This document shows positions 17,923 to 27,132 of a stretch of 64,000 nt of DNA, one piece after another. Positions within the stretch are counted from its first letter, which is position 1; every line of letters begins with the position of its first letter. The DNA comes from a virus: positions 988 through 64,987 of the IMG/VR virus record IMGVR_UViG_2561511210_000002, one strand, 5' to 3'. The translations under genes were made by a program, and so were the position numbers. The notes below the pieces were generated by a model, which worked only from the letters and a program-made list of their open reading frames with translations, had not been told where the DNA came from and searched no databases.

Positions 17923-18362
17923 CGATGCCGCAGCGGATTCAACGTAGGCGTACTAAGGGTTGGCGAATTCCTGAAGGGGTCGTGTACGTCGGCCGCCCGA
18001 CGAGGTTCGGAAATCCCTTCCATGCCTACAAGTGCGACTGCTGCGGGTACTGGGATGTGAAGGATGACAATGGAGTGACGTACCTAGTCAACCACGCCTA
18101 CGTCCGGCAAGTGCACATCCGAAACGACCCGCACACGTGGACCTCCCAGTCAGAAGCTGCCCGAGAGGCCGTGCGCCTCTACGCCGCTGAGCTGACCTAC
18201 TGGCTCGGCGGAAGGATGAAGAACGAATTCGAGTTCCGTACTGCGGTGGAGTCGCTGCGTGGCCGAGACCTCGCTTGCTGGTGCCCTCTCGATTCCCCTT
18301 GCCATGCAGACTTTCTACTCAAGCTCGCCAACGATCCACCGTCGAACGGAGAAGCCTTGTGA
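17919..18362 (+). CDS. DUF4326 domain protein
   Basis: PQRIQRRRTKGW...VYVGRPTRFGNPF...LRGRDLACWCP...CHAD. Confidence 0.9.
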   Translation: MTMPQRIQRRRTKGWRIPEGVVYVGRPTRFGNPFHAYKCDCCGYWDVKDDNGVTYLVNHAYVRQVHIRNDPHTWTSQSEAAREAVRLYAAELTYWLGGRMKNEFEFRTAVESLRGRDLACWCPLDSPCHADFLLKLANDPPSNGEAL

Positions 18363-19021
18363 CTGCTGTACCTGTTGAGCCGGATGGGGATCTTCCGGGT
18401 GCGTTGGAGAAGCTGCGTGACGGTGTGTCCGCGTTGACTGATCCGAAGTTGCAGATTGTGGAGGGCCGTAAGGAATGGGCTGAACCGCTGTACGCGTCGT
18501 TGTGTGACGCGGTCGAATCAGTGGAGGGCAGCGGAATGTTTATGGGGGTGGCGAAGTCTCAGCCCCCGATCTGGACAGACGCGTTCGACCTACGCAACGA
18601 AATCGATGTGGAAGTCAAGCAGTGGCAGTCTGATCCGGGTGTGTTCGACGGCGACCTCACCCACCCGCCAACACCCGAAACGGTCAGGCGGCTCAGGATT
18701 CTCGAATCGTTGAAAACGTGGCGGCCCCAAGACACCAAAACCCTGGACGGCTACAGCAACAGCCTTGAAAACTGGTGCAACAGAATCAACCACCTCTTGA
18801 ACCCTGAACCTGTCAAAACCGTTTCCGCGCCCTGCCCAGCCTGCCAGAAACGCTGGGTGTACCGCCGCGACTCAGCCGGCGAGAACGTCCGCCAGCCAGC
18901 CCTGCAACTCACCGCACAAGGTTGTAGCTGCCAGGCCTGCCACTACACGTGGGGGCCGCAATACTTCATGCACCTCGCTGCGGTACTGGAATGCCCATTG
19001 CCCGAGGGTGTTTTGGAATGA
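18359..19021 (+). CDS. Phage protein with C-terminal Zn finger (putative late-gene regulator)
   Basis: APCPAC...CQACHYTW; position at the end of the early operon. Confidence 0.65.
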   Translation: MTAVPVEPDGDLPGALEKLRDGVSALTDPKLQIVEGRKEWAEPLYASLCDAVESVEGSGMFMGVAKSQPPIWTDAFDLRNEIDVEVKQWQSDPGVFDGDLTHPPTPETVRRLRILESLKTWRPQDTKTLDGYSNSLENWCNRINHLLNPEPVKTVSAPCPACQKRWVYRRDSAGENVRQPALQLTAQGCSCQACHYTWGPQYFMHLAAVLECPLPEGVLE

Positions 19022-19290
19022 TTCGTGAGTTGGGTGTGCGGCGTTGGATAGCGTGGCGGCTAGTGCAGCTTGCACGTCTGTTCTATGACGCTGAGTGGCG
19101 CGAGTTCATCAGCATTGAAACTCCTGACGGCAAGCATCTACGAATCGACGTTGTGGGCGACGAATATGGGTGCGGCGTCTCGTCAACATCTGGGATAAAT
19201 TGGGATCCAACAGGTGCGGTCACTTCCGCCGACGTGTCGGGCCTAACGTTTCGGTGGCACGACGCTGTGCGGCCGAAAGATTTGGGCTAG
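19018..19290 (+). CDS. Hypothetical protein
   Basis: ATGA overlap. Confidence 0.6.
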   Translation: MIRELGVRRWIAWRLVQLARLFYDAEWREFISIETPDGKHLRIDVVGDEYGCGVSSTSGINWDPTGAVTSADVSGLTFRWHDAVRPKDLG

Positions 19291-19298
19291 CCCAAACG

Positions 19299-19658
19299 TT
19301 AGGCGTATTGAAGAGACTCGGGAGGGACACGCGAACTTCCTGGTGCGGCTAGCTTCTGGACCGCCCACTGGTTCACTGACACTCCCTCTTCGGCTGCCTC
19401 GATCGTTAATTGCCGGTGCAGCGCTGAGGATCCGCGGACAAGGAACTTGCCGCTGTAGGTGCGTTCCGTAAGTGGGGTGGGCGGGACTTCGCCGGTTTCC
19501 TTCATGTCTTCGAGTACTGATTCGACCACGGCGACAAGACCGGAGATGGCTTGTGCCGGATCGGGGTCCAGCCAAGACAGGGACGGAAACTCGGCCACCA
19601 GGGCGACGTATTCGTTGTCCTCGGGTGACCATTGAACTCGGTAGGTGTAGTGGTTCAC
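19299..19658 (-). CDS. hicB: HicB antitoxin
   Basis: YTYRVQWSPED.EYVALVAEFPSLSWL...YSGKFLVR...LHRQLTIEAAEEGVSVNQ. Confidence 0.92.
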   Translation of the reverse strand: MNHYTYRVQWSPEDNEYVALVAEFPSLSWLDPDPAQAISGLVAVVESVLEDMKETGEVPPTPLTERTYSGKFLVRGSSALHRQLTIEAAEEGVSVNQWAVQKLAAPGSSRVPPESLQYA

Positions 19659-19918
19659 TTGCTGTCCTCCTTCTTCTGCTGGTTCAGTTTGTCGATTGCC
19701 GCTAGGACTTGTTTGATCTGGTAGGGCTTGGCTTTGCCTTTAGCGGATTGGATGTTGACGCGGGGGTCACCGGCCCATGGGGTGCGGAACACTGCGTGGC
19801 TGGTGCCGTTTTGGCGTGGTTCACCGAAGTGGTGGACGCACACTTTGTGTAGGTCAGCGTAGGAGATGCTGCGTAGTTCCCGCATCTGGGCGAGTGTTTT
19901 GTCTACCTTGCTGACCAT
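19655..19918 (-). CDS. hicA: HicA-like toxin
   Basis: HFGEPRQNGTSHAVFRTPWAGDPRVNIQ...AKPYQIKQV; leaderless start after TATCAT. Confidence 0.88.
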   Translation of the reverse strand: MVSKVDKTLAQMRELRSISYADLHKVCVHHFGEPRQNGTSHAVFRTPWAGDPRVNIQSAKGKAKPYQIKQVLAAIDKLNQQKKEDSK

Positions 19919-19976
19919 GCACCAATGATAGCGCATGTGATATCACTCTGCATAGACTCGCCGACAAATCACACCC

Positions 19977-20005
19977 TTGTAATTCACGCTGAAAATCGCT
20001 AGTAT
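19977..20005 (+). promoter_or_regulatory. SigA-like promoter (putative late promoter)
   Basis: TTGTAA-17nt-TAGTAT. Confidence 0.55.
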
Positions 20006-20018
20006 CTGAACTCGTACG

Positions 20019-20052
20019 AGAGGTGTGCCCGCAGCCGGGTGCGCCTCTTTTT
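20019..20052 (+). terminator. Intrinsic terminator
   Basis: AGAGGTGTGCCCG-cagc-CGGGTGCGCCTCT followed by TTTT. Confidence 0.65.
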
Positions 20053-20130
20053 GCTTTCAGACCAAATGTTTGAGCCCCGCACCTGTTCTAGCAGGCCGGG
20101 GCGACGGTCAAACCTCTTGGAAGGCCCAAC

Positions 20131-20622
20131 ATGGCTGACTATACGACGCTGCCACCGAACCCAAAAGAACTGATTCGGTCACGGTCACACGAGACTGCAT
20201 CAGGATGCTGGGAATGGAATCGAAAATCTAAGCGCCGCTACCCACGTCTCATGGTTCAAGGGATCGGTTACGACGCGCACCGGCTCTCATATCAGGTCTT
20301 CAACGGGCCTATAGGTGACCTATACGTCTGTCACACCTGCGACAACCCTCAGTGCGTCAATCCTGCGCATTTGTTCGTTGGCACACACGCCGACAACATG
20401 CGGGACATGGCAGACAAGGAACGTAGTTCACGAGAATTTCGGAATCCCAAGTGCAAGTTGAGCGACGACGACGTCCGCAAAATCCGTTACATGCATAAGC
20501 GTGGGTTCCCCTTGTCGTGGATCACGGCCGAGTTCCCGCACGTGAGCAAGGACTACATCCGGCAGGTTGCCCATAAATATCCAACAGCCGACGGCGTGGC
20601 CCGCCGCGCTAAAGCGGGCTAA
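20131..20622 (+). CDS. HNH homing endonuclease
   Basis: CWEW...AHRLSY...VCHTCDNPQCVNPAHLFVGTHADNMRD. Confidence 0.92.
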   Translation: MADYTTLPPNPKELIRSRSHETASGCWEWNRKSKRRYPRLMVQGIGYDAHRLSYQVFNGPIGDLYVCHTCDNPQCVNPAHLFVGTHADNMRDMADKERSSREFRNPKCKLSDDDVRKIRYMHKRGFPLSWITAEFPHVSKDYIRQVAHKYPTADGVARRAKAG

Positions 20623-20776
20623 CCCACTTCATTGGAGGTTCCCATGCCTCTGTCTCGTGTCCGCTGCTGCATCCCCTGTGGCCGTATCCGCTACGCCCCC
20701 TGCTCTGCAGGGTGTCGAGTAGATCCCGAGAACGACCCAACAAGCTGGACAGAACAGGTGATCGTGAGCGGTGACA

Positions 20777-21034
20777 ATGAGCGCGATTAACTGCCTTGGT
20801 TGCGGATCGGAAGTGGGGCAAGACGGGCAGTGTCCGCGCCCGGAACACTGCGGAAACTGCCCACCTTGGGACTGTGACGAATGCGGCCAGCAGTGCTCGA
20901 TCAGCACCACTTGCGGGTGCTGGATTTTCTTTGAAGGCATGAACCTCGCCGACATCAAGGCGGTACTCGCCGCAGCCGATCTGAGTGTCAATGTGGAGGT
21001 GCCGCCATGCTCGATAGATTCTTCGCAGCACTAG
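20777..21034 (+). CDS. Cys-rich hypothetical protein
   Basis: Many CxxC motifs. Confidence 0.6.
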   Translation: MSAINCLGCGSEVGQDGQCPRPEHCGNCPPWDCDECGQQCSISTTCGCWIFFEGMNLADIKAVLAAADLSVNVEVPPCSIDSSQH

Positions 21035-21235
21035 CCGGCGCCATGGCCCCTCTACTCGTGGCCATGTGTGAGCGCATCGCGGATAAGAAGATCCCTGACG
21101 ACACGGTGCCGAAGTTTATGGACGGCCTACTGGACATCGCCCGCGACGGCGTTGACCGCGCTGTCGGTGTGGTGCAGACGTCCGCCGACGGTATTGCCGG
21201 TAGCGCGGAAGTTGAACTAGGCCAGCTCGGTTCGG

Positions 21236-22590
21236 TGAATCGCCCCGGGTTTGGTGCACACCTGGTTATTGGTGTGCAGCCTCTGGTTGGGCTGTGTTTG
21301 TAGCGTAGTGGACGGTCTCGTATTCGATGGGTGGGATGCGGCCCAGGCGGTGCATGAGCCGGTCGGTGTTGTACCAGTGGACCCAGTCGGCGGTGAGCAG
21401 TTCGACGTCGGTCAGGCGGTGCAGGGGGCCGCGCCGGAACGGTGAGTCGTCGCGGACAGCTTCGGTCTTGTACAGCCCGATGGTCGTTTCGGCCAGGGCG
21501 TTATCGAAGGCATCCCCGACTGTGCCGATGGAGGCCACCAGCCCGGACAGCGCGAGGGTTTCGCCGAACCTCACCGAGGTGTATTGCGATCCCGCATCGC
21601 TGTGATGAATAGTGTTGCCCAACAAGGGATTACCTTCATTTTCGCGGAGTTGTGAGGCATGGCGGATCGCCTGGCGGACGAACCGGTCTTCCTTGCTGGC
21701 TGAGCAGGTCCAGCCCACGATCCGGCCCGCGTAGGCATCGACGGCGAACGCGGTGTAGACAAACGCCCCGCTGGCCAGGCGGACGTAGGTGAAGTCCGCT
21801 ACCAGCAGCACGTTGGGTGCGGGCACCCGGAACTGTCGTTTGACCAGATCGGCTGCCCGTGCCGCGGCCGGATCCGCCACGGTGGTGCGGACCTTCTTGC
21901 GACGGGTGACCCCGCGCCAGCCGTTGGCTCGCATGAGGCGCTCCACGGTGCAACGGGCCACCGCGATGCCCTGGCGTTGCAGATGAGCCCACATTTTGGT
22001 GGCACCGTACAACGACTCCGGCTTGCGGCGGCCGTGCTCGTCGGGCTCGTAGAAGCCGGCCAGCACCTCGGTGATGACGGTGTCCCACAGGGCCCGCGCT
22101 GACGGGGGTCTCGACAGCCAGGCGTAGAAGGTTCTCGGGGCGATCGTGACACCGTGCTCGGTGAGCACGCGGCAGATCGGAGCGACCCCGAACCGAGCTC
22201 GATGCTCGGCGATGAACGCACAAATCAGCGGGGTCGCGGGTCGCTCTCCCGCACGAAGAAAGTTGTTGCTGCCTTGAGTATTTCGATGGTTTCCTCAAGC
22301 TCCCGGTTCTTGCGCTTGAGTTCCCTGTTCTCGCGCGCGACGTCGATGGGCACCCCGTCGCGGACCCCGGTGTCAACATCGACCTGGTTGACCCACCGGC
22401 GCAGCGATTCGTAGGACACTCCCAGCCGTTTGGCCACCGCGGTGACGCAGGCCGTGCGGGTGTCGTACTCCTCGGCGTGGTCGGTGACCAGCCGCACCGC
22501 CCGGGCCTTGAACTCGTCGTCGTACTTCTTCGGCATGATGCGGACAACCTTCCCTCGAAAGAAGGTGTGCATCAAACCCGGGGCGGTTCA
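21236..22590 (-). mobile_element. IS3-family element type 2, copy A, 1355 bp, TSD CGG
   Basis: IRs TGAA(C/T)CGCCCCGGGTTTG. Confidence 0.95.
21266..22536 (-). CDS. IS3-family transposase (orfA+orfB)
   Basis: MPKKYDDEFKARAVRLV; VADFTYV...HHSDAGSQY...DNALAE. Confidence 0.95.
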
Positions 22591-22660
22591 CGGAGATCAG
22601 GGGAGTGGTCAAAGCGGCCAACCCGATCGACATTCTCGGCAGCCTGTTCGGGCGGCGAGG

Positions 22661-22990
22661 ATGAACGTTCCTGAAGGATTTTGGCTCGGCCTCGTCGCCG
22701 TTCCGGCTGTTGTTGCATTTGTGTCGGTGGCTGTCGGATTGGCCGCTGTCGCGATGAGCTTGCATTCCAAATATGCCGGTAGCGCCTACAAGCTGGTACC
22801 CCGAAAGTTCGATAGCCATGCTGGCATGGCGTCGATTGTGGCCTGCGCTAAGTGGGTGCGCTACATGTGGATTCCCGGATTCCATGTCGTCATATGCAAG
22901 ACCTCAATCTCGGGGCGAGAGCCTGGTCGGGCGGTCCACGCCCGCGTGAAGTGGGCCATCGTCGATGCACTTGAGCGCGACGACAGCTGA
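22661..22990 (+). CDS. Membrane protein
   Basis: Hydrophobic N-terminus; ATGA overlap. Confidence 0.65.
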   Translation: MNVPEGFWLGLVAVPAVVAFVSVAVGLAAVAMSLHSKYAGSAYKLVPRKFDSHAGMASIVACAKWVRYMWIPGFHVVICKTSISGREPGRAVHARVKWAIVDALERDDS

Positions 22991-22991
22991 T

Positions 22992-23035
22992 TTGCCCCTG
23001 TAGCCTCCCTGTTCTAATATCGAACAGGTGTTCGA
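22992..23035 (+). promoter_or_regulatory. SigA promoter with perfect LexA box
   Basis: TTGCCC-17-TAATAT; TCGAACAGGTGTTCGA at 23020-23035 covers the predicted TSS and GTG start. Confidence 0.85.
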
Positions 23036-23372
23036 GCGGTGGTCTAGCAACCCTCGCTTTCCCACGCTCAAAAAGCTGTACCGAACCGTCTACGTCGACA
23101 TGAACCAAGCCCTGCCCGGCTGCGTCGGCGGATTAGTCAAGAACCGCAACATCACCCTCAGGGCGGAGGGTTTACGCCTAGAGGCTTGGATGCGCGGCCA
23201 CCAGATCGCCTGGATACGCACCCACGATCTGCACTGGATAGCAGTAGTACAGGTTGAAGCCCACTCGGAAAACGAAATGTCGTCGGTGACGATGACGTTG
23301 TGGCTGCCCCCGAAAATGTTCCAGTTGGACAAGCCCGAGGGCTTCTACGAGCCGTACCGGAGACGGTTGTAG
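23028..23372 (+). CDS. LexA-regulated hypothetical protein
   Basis: 114-aa ORF with leaderless GTG inside the SOS box. Confidence 0.8.
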   Translation: MFERWSSNPRFPTLKKLYRTVYVDMNQALPGCVGGLVKNRNITLRAEGLRLEAWMRGHQIAWIRTHDLHWIAVVQVEAHSENEMSSVTMTLWLPPKMFQLDKPEGFYEPYRRRL

Positions 23373-23410
23373 ACACCGCGACTTACGCTGTAGCTCGGTA
23401 AAATTGAGGG
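23370..23410 (+). promoter_or_regulatory. GACAC-box leaderless promoter, copy 2
   Basis: TAGACACCGCGACTT...TAAAAT-TGAGGG-ATG. Confidence 0.7.
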
Positions 23411-23653
23411 ATGAGCGACCCAACCATGAGTGGCGACCCAGCCGTGGAGGCTGCACATCGGTCATTTCACCCCAAATACAATTACTCATGGGAAGACAAA
23501 ACTTCTGGCGTCGCCTCTGCCCGTGAGGCTTTGAGGCCAGTACGGGAATGGTGCGACAAGTGGCTCAACGAGCTCTCTATTCGCGGCCTAGGCGAGGCGC
23601 TGGACGAGTTGGCGCCGCTGATCTTCACGGCAGAGGAACTGACCGATGACTGA
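23411..23653 (+). CDS. Hypothetical protein (DPAxEA...EEL family)
   Basis: AREALRPVREW...LAPLIFTAEEL. Confidence 0.65.
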   Translation: MSDPTMSGDPAVEAAHRSFHPKYNYSWEDKTSGVASAREALRPVREWCDKWLNELSIRGLGEALDELAPLIFTAEELTDD

Positions 23654-23870
23654 ACCATCTCAAGCCCATATAGACCGGGCACGTGAACTCGGTCTCTCTT
23701 TCGATCCTTCTGATATATCGGATGAAGAGTTAAGCCGTGCTATCGCAACGTATGAACGGGTTTACATCGAGGCGATGACCGAGAATGCCGGTAGGGGCAC
23801 TGATACTCCTACTGAGCGCCGCAGGATGTTCGGTCCCGGTTCGATAGACGACGTACAGAATCCGGGATGA
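23646..23870 (+). CDS. Hypothetical protein
   Basis: Overlapping ORF chain. Confidence 0.6.
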   Translation: MTEPSQAHIDRARELGLSFDPSDISDEELSRAIATYERVYIEAMTENAGRGTDTPTERRRMFGPGSIDDVQNPG

Positions 23871-24151
23871 GCGCGGACTACGACGACGAGCTGATCGCCA
23901 ATATCGAAGACGTCATCTGGACTGCGCTGGAGCTACAAGCCGAACAAGGCATGGGGCCCTATGTTGACCGCGATATGGGCATGGTCGACGCTTCTGGCGC
24001 TGGATTGGATATGACCGCTGTGGCTGCTGCTGTCGCGGCGATATTCGTTGATAAGCAAGGCGACTGCTCGTGGTGTCACAACCCATGCGCGGTGGATGGC
24101 TGGAAACTACCGCTAGACACCGCTGATCCCGTTGAAACACGGGATAATTGA
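23867..24151 (+). CDS. Hypothetical protein
   Basis: ATGA overlap. Confidence 0.6.
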   Translation: MSADYDDELIANIEDVIWTALELQAEQGMGPYVDRDMGMVDASGAGLDMTAVAAAVAAIFVDKQGDCSWCHNPCAVDGWKLPLDTADPVETRDN

Positions 24152-24154
24152 GGT
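24114..24154 (+). promoter_or_regulatory. GACAC-box leaderless promoter, copy 3
   Basis: TAGACACCGC...GATAAT-TGAGGT-ATG. Confidence 0.65.
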
Positions 24155-24385
24155 ATGCCCCACCACCCGGAAGACAATCCCCGACATCTGTATCGCCCAG
24201 ACGGGACGGAAGTCTTTGCCTGCATACACTGTCCCAATTGCTACGAGATGGTGAATGTTCGATGCTGGCGCTGCGATTGGAAGCGTCCCGAGCAGTCGCG
24301 CGAGGATTGCCTTCGTCTCGCCGCTAGCGGCATGTGGGACCACGAGCGCGGTATTCCGAAAGTCGCGCACACTCGGTCGTCTTGA
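24155..24385 (+). CDS. Cys-rich hypothetical protein
   Basis: CxxCxxC...CxxC. Confidence 0.6.
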   Translation: MPHHPEDNPRHLYRPDGTEVFACIHCPNCYEMVNVRCWRCDWKRPEQSREDCLRLAASGMWDHERGIPKVAHTRSS

Positions 24386-24404
24386 ATCCCTTTGGGAGGC
24401 AATC

Positions 24405-24548
24405 ATGCTTGATGGTCAACCGTTGGGCGAGTACCCAGAGCTGCGCCGTGAGGGCTGCTTGTGGACACCATGTGTGGCATGTGGTGTTCACCCCGAACGT
24501 GAACGCTGGCAGACATCACCGTTATACGGCGTCTTCGACCACCTCTAA
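24405..24548 (+). CDS. Hypothetical protein
   Basis: GGGAGG RBS. Confidence 0.5.
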   Translation: MLDGQPLGEYPELRREGCLWTPCVACGVHPERERWQTSPLYGVFDHL

Positions 24549-24552
24549 CGCC

Positions 24553-24720
24553 ATGGCCCTCACCGCTAACCAGCTCCGCATTCTAGAAGCGTTGCAGCGG
24601 TTACGTATAGCCCGTACTGAGGGTGATGTTGACGCCGAGCTTGTGGCCTACAGCCGCATGGATGAGCTACTGGATCGTGAACCTAGGGGCATAGGTTCCG
24701 TTTCGCCGATCGCGCCATAG
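24553..24720 (+). CDS. Hypothetical protein
   Basis: MALTANQLRILEALQRLRIAR. Confidence 0.55.
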   Translation: MALTANQLRILEALQRLRIARTEGDVDAELVAYSRMDELLDREPRGIGSVSPIAP

Positions 24721-24964
24721 CCAGCAGATTGGCTGGTGTCGCGTTCGGATAGTTGGAGTGCGAGGCGACCTGTTCCGGGGTTTCCCCGTTGCGCAGGTCG
24801 TTGCACATCCCGTTCCCGGCAGCCAGCAGGAACGGCCGGGACTGCCACATCACTTGGAAGCCCTGCCCGGACAGTTCGTCCAGGTAGGCGTCATCGTCCG
24901 CGTACGCCGCGGGCGCGAAAAAAATGCTGGCCGCTACGGCGGCTGCAGCTGCGATCTTGATCAT
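24683..24964 (-). CDS. Secreted DUF732 protein
   Basis: Signal peptide APAAYAD, DAYLDEL, GMCNDLRNG, LCP; TACGAT -10 with leaderless ATG. Confidence 0.85.
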   Translation of the reverse strand: MIKIAAAAAVAASIFFAPAAYADDDAYLDELSGQGFQVMWQSRPFLLAAGNGMCNDLRNGETPEQVASHSNYPNATPANLLAMARSAKRNLCP

Positions 24965-25093
24965 TGGCGGATCGTAGACCTCCACCCCGACGGGTACAGG
25001 CGAAACGGGAGATCAGATGGCCGTGCAGCACTGCGAGTACTGCGGGCGCCGCCTCCGGTACGACTGCTGCCCGCACTGTGAAGAGGGGCAGTA

Positions 25094-26356
25094 GTGCTCG
25101 GGGTTGCGATCACCACCCACAACCGCCGAGATGTTCTTCTCAACGCTCTAATGCATTGGATCGAGCACACGTCGGCTGATGTGCCGATTGTTGTTGTGGA
25201 CGACGGCAGCGACGAGCCCCTATGTCTTGAGGGCTGGCGGGGTATCCCGGTGCATCGAGTGCCGAGCGTGAGTGTTGTTCGCCATCCAGTACCTATGGGG
25301 ATAGCGGTGGCGAAGAACCGCTGCATCGCCGAGCTCATGGACTTGGGGTGCGACCACCTGTTTCTCGCTGACGACGATGTGTGGCCCACCGTAGATGAGT
25401 GGTGGCAGCCCTACGTTGAGTCCCCGGAACCGCATCTGTCGTTCCAGTGGCCCAGCGGCGGCCGACACAGCGTCACCCACCAAGACGAGCAGCATTTCGC
25501 CATCGGATTCCCCCGCGGAGTTCTCCTATACGCCGAACGCCGAGTGATCGACACGGTGGGCGGCATGGACACCGGATATGGGGCGCACGGCGGAGAACAC
25601 GTCGACTGGTCACAGAGAATCCACGACGCAGGGCTGACGCGATGGCCATTCGCCGATGTCCGCGGATCACACAACCTGATCTACTCCCGTGACAAAGCCG
25701 AAGGGAACCGCACGGGTTCTTCCCGGTTTGAGCTTCCCGAGCGTGCCCGGATGTGTGAGGCGAACGGAAACCGTTGGGGTCACAAGCACCCAACATGGCC
25801 GTACTTTCCCTACCGGGAAGGTGAAGGCGTCCAGGACTACCAGTTAGGCCCGTACTTCCCTCCCGTGGAGCACTATTCGCTACTGCGGCATGTGGTGGGT
25901 TTGAGACCTTCCGGTGTGGCTTTGGAGTTCGGGGTAGGTAAAGGTGAATCGACCCGCATCATGGCCGAGCACATGCCGGTGATCGGGTTCGACAGCTTCA
26001 CCGGTTTACCCGAGGATTGGCGTGACGGGTTCCCTAAGGGGTCGTTCGCGCATAAACCACCTGCTATCAACAACACTCGCCTAGTGATAGGTCGGTACGC
26101 CGACACCCTGCCAGGGTTCACGTTCCCTGAGTGTGGTTTGGTGCATATCGACTGCGACCTGTACTCGTCCACGGCAACAGCTTTGGAGCACCTACAGCTC
26201 AAGCCGGGAACTTATGTCGTTTTTGATGAGTGGCACAGCTACGACGGCTGTGAAGACCACGAGATGAAAGCCTGGCGAGAGTACGCCGACCGCACCGGCA
26301 TCAACTGGTGTGTGGTTGGGCATTCGCATGAGGCTTGGGCGATTCGGATCACCTAG
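25094..26356 (+). CDS. GT2 glycosyltransferase fused to class I SAM methyltransferase (TylF/MycF-like)
   Basis: ITTHNR, VVDDGS, LADDD; C-terminal LEFGVGKG, GFDSFTGLPE, HIDCDLYSST, VFDEW. Confidence 0.88.
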   Translation: MLGVAITTHNRRDVLLNALMHWIEHTSADVPIVVVDDGSDEPLCLEGWRGIPVHRVPSVSVVRHPVPMGIAVAKNRCIAELMDLGCDHLFLADDDVWPTVDEWWQPYVESPEPHLSFQWPSGGRHSVTHQDEQHFAIGFPRGVLLYAERRVIDTVGGMDTGYGAHGGEHVDWSQRIHDAGLTRWPFADVRGSHNLIYSRDKAEGNRTGSSRFELPERARMCEANGNRWGHKHPTWPYFPYREGEGVQDYQLGPYFPPVEHYSLLRHVVGLRPSGVALEFGVGKGESTRIMAEHMPVIGFDSFTGLPEDWRDGFPKGSFAHKPPAINNTRLVIGRYADTLPGFTFPECGLVHIDCDLYSSTATALEHLQLKPGTYVVFDEWHSYDGCEDHEMKAWREYADRTGINWCVVGHSHEAWAIRIT

Positions 26357-27132
26357 GGAGTTGTGTTGCGAGTCATCCTCTTTGTGTTCGCAGGCCGCAA
26401 AGCCAATATGCAACTTCAAGTCCCGTACATCAAACGCATCCTGGCTGAGCATCCGAACGTCGAATACCACGTATGGAACCTCGCCCGCGACCCCAAGGAT
26501 GCGGAGTATCTGCAAACCATCACGGGCGAGCGGATCACCGTCCGCAACGACTTCCATGGCGGATGCCATTGGACCGGTTTCAACAAGGTGTGGTGGCACT
26601 ACGCCCAACCTGAATACCAGGACTGTTTGTTCGTCAAGGTCGATGACGACGACGTGTTCTTCGAAACCGCACGCTTCGGTGAATACCTCGAGGCGATAGA
26701 CAACAACCGGGGAAGTGTTGTCTCCGCGCTGACTGTGAACAACGGCGCCTCAACATGGTTAGAGCCGCTGATTTGGCGCGGCTTCGAGAACCTGCACATC
26801 CCCTTGTTGGATGTGCACATGTCCGGCGACTACGCCCACATGTCACACGTGCACTTCCTCACCCACTGGCGGGATATGACCGGTCAACCCAACCAGGTAA
26901 TCCCGACGACGGATTGGTTGTCGATCAACTGCATCGGACTCGACCACCCCACCCTGAAACGCATCGCGGACCTACTGGACACCCCTTCGCCTGCCCATAT
27001 CGCCGGCAGGGATTGGCCGCCCGGTTTCAAGATCGGTGACGAAGGTGCAGCCAACATGCAGCCCCGAGTAATCCACAGAGGGTTTGTGGTCTCGCACCTA
27101 TCGTTTGGACCGCAGCAGCTCCCCGACGAAAC

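Larger units (their letters stand above)
21007..22664 (+). pseudogene. Hypothetical gene split by IS
   Basis: Removing the IS and one CGG restores ...GQLGSEIRGVVKAANPIDILGSLFGRRG*. Confidence 0.75.

Noticed and set aside
19945..19968. PafBC-like TTGTCGGCG upstream of hicA
   Set aside because: The -10 at N8 spacing is CAGAGT rather than TAnnnT; a better leaderless TATCAT exists, so this is left unclaimed.
21636..22547. 303-aa and other alternate-frame ORFs repeated in each IS copy
   Set aside because: Shadow frames of the GC-rich transposase with no recognisable motifs.
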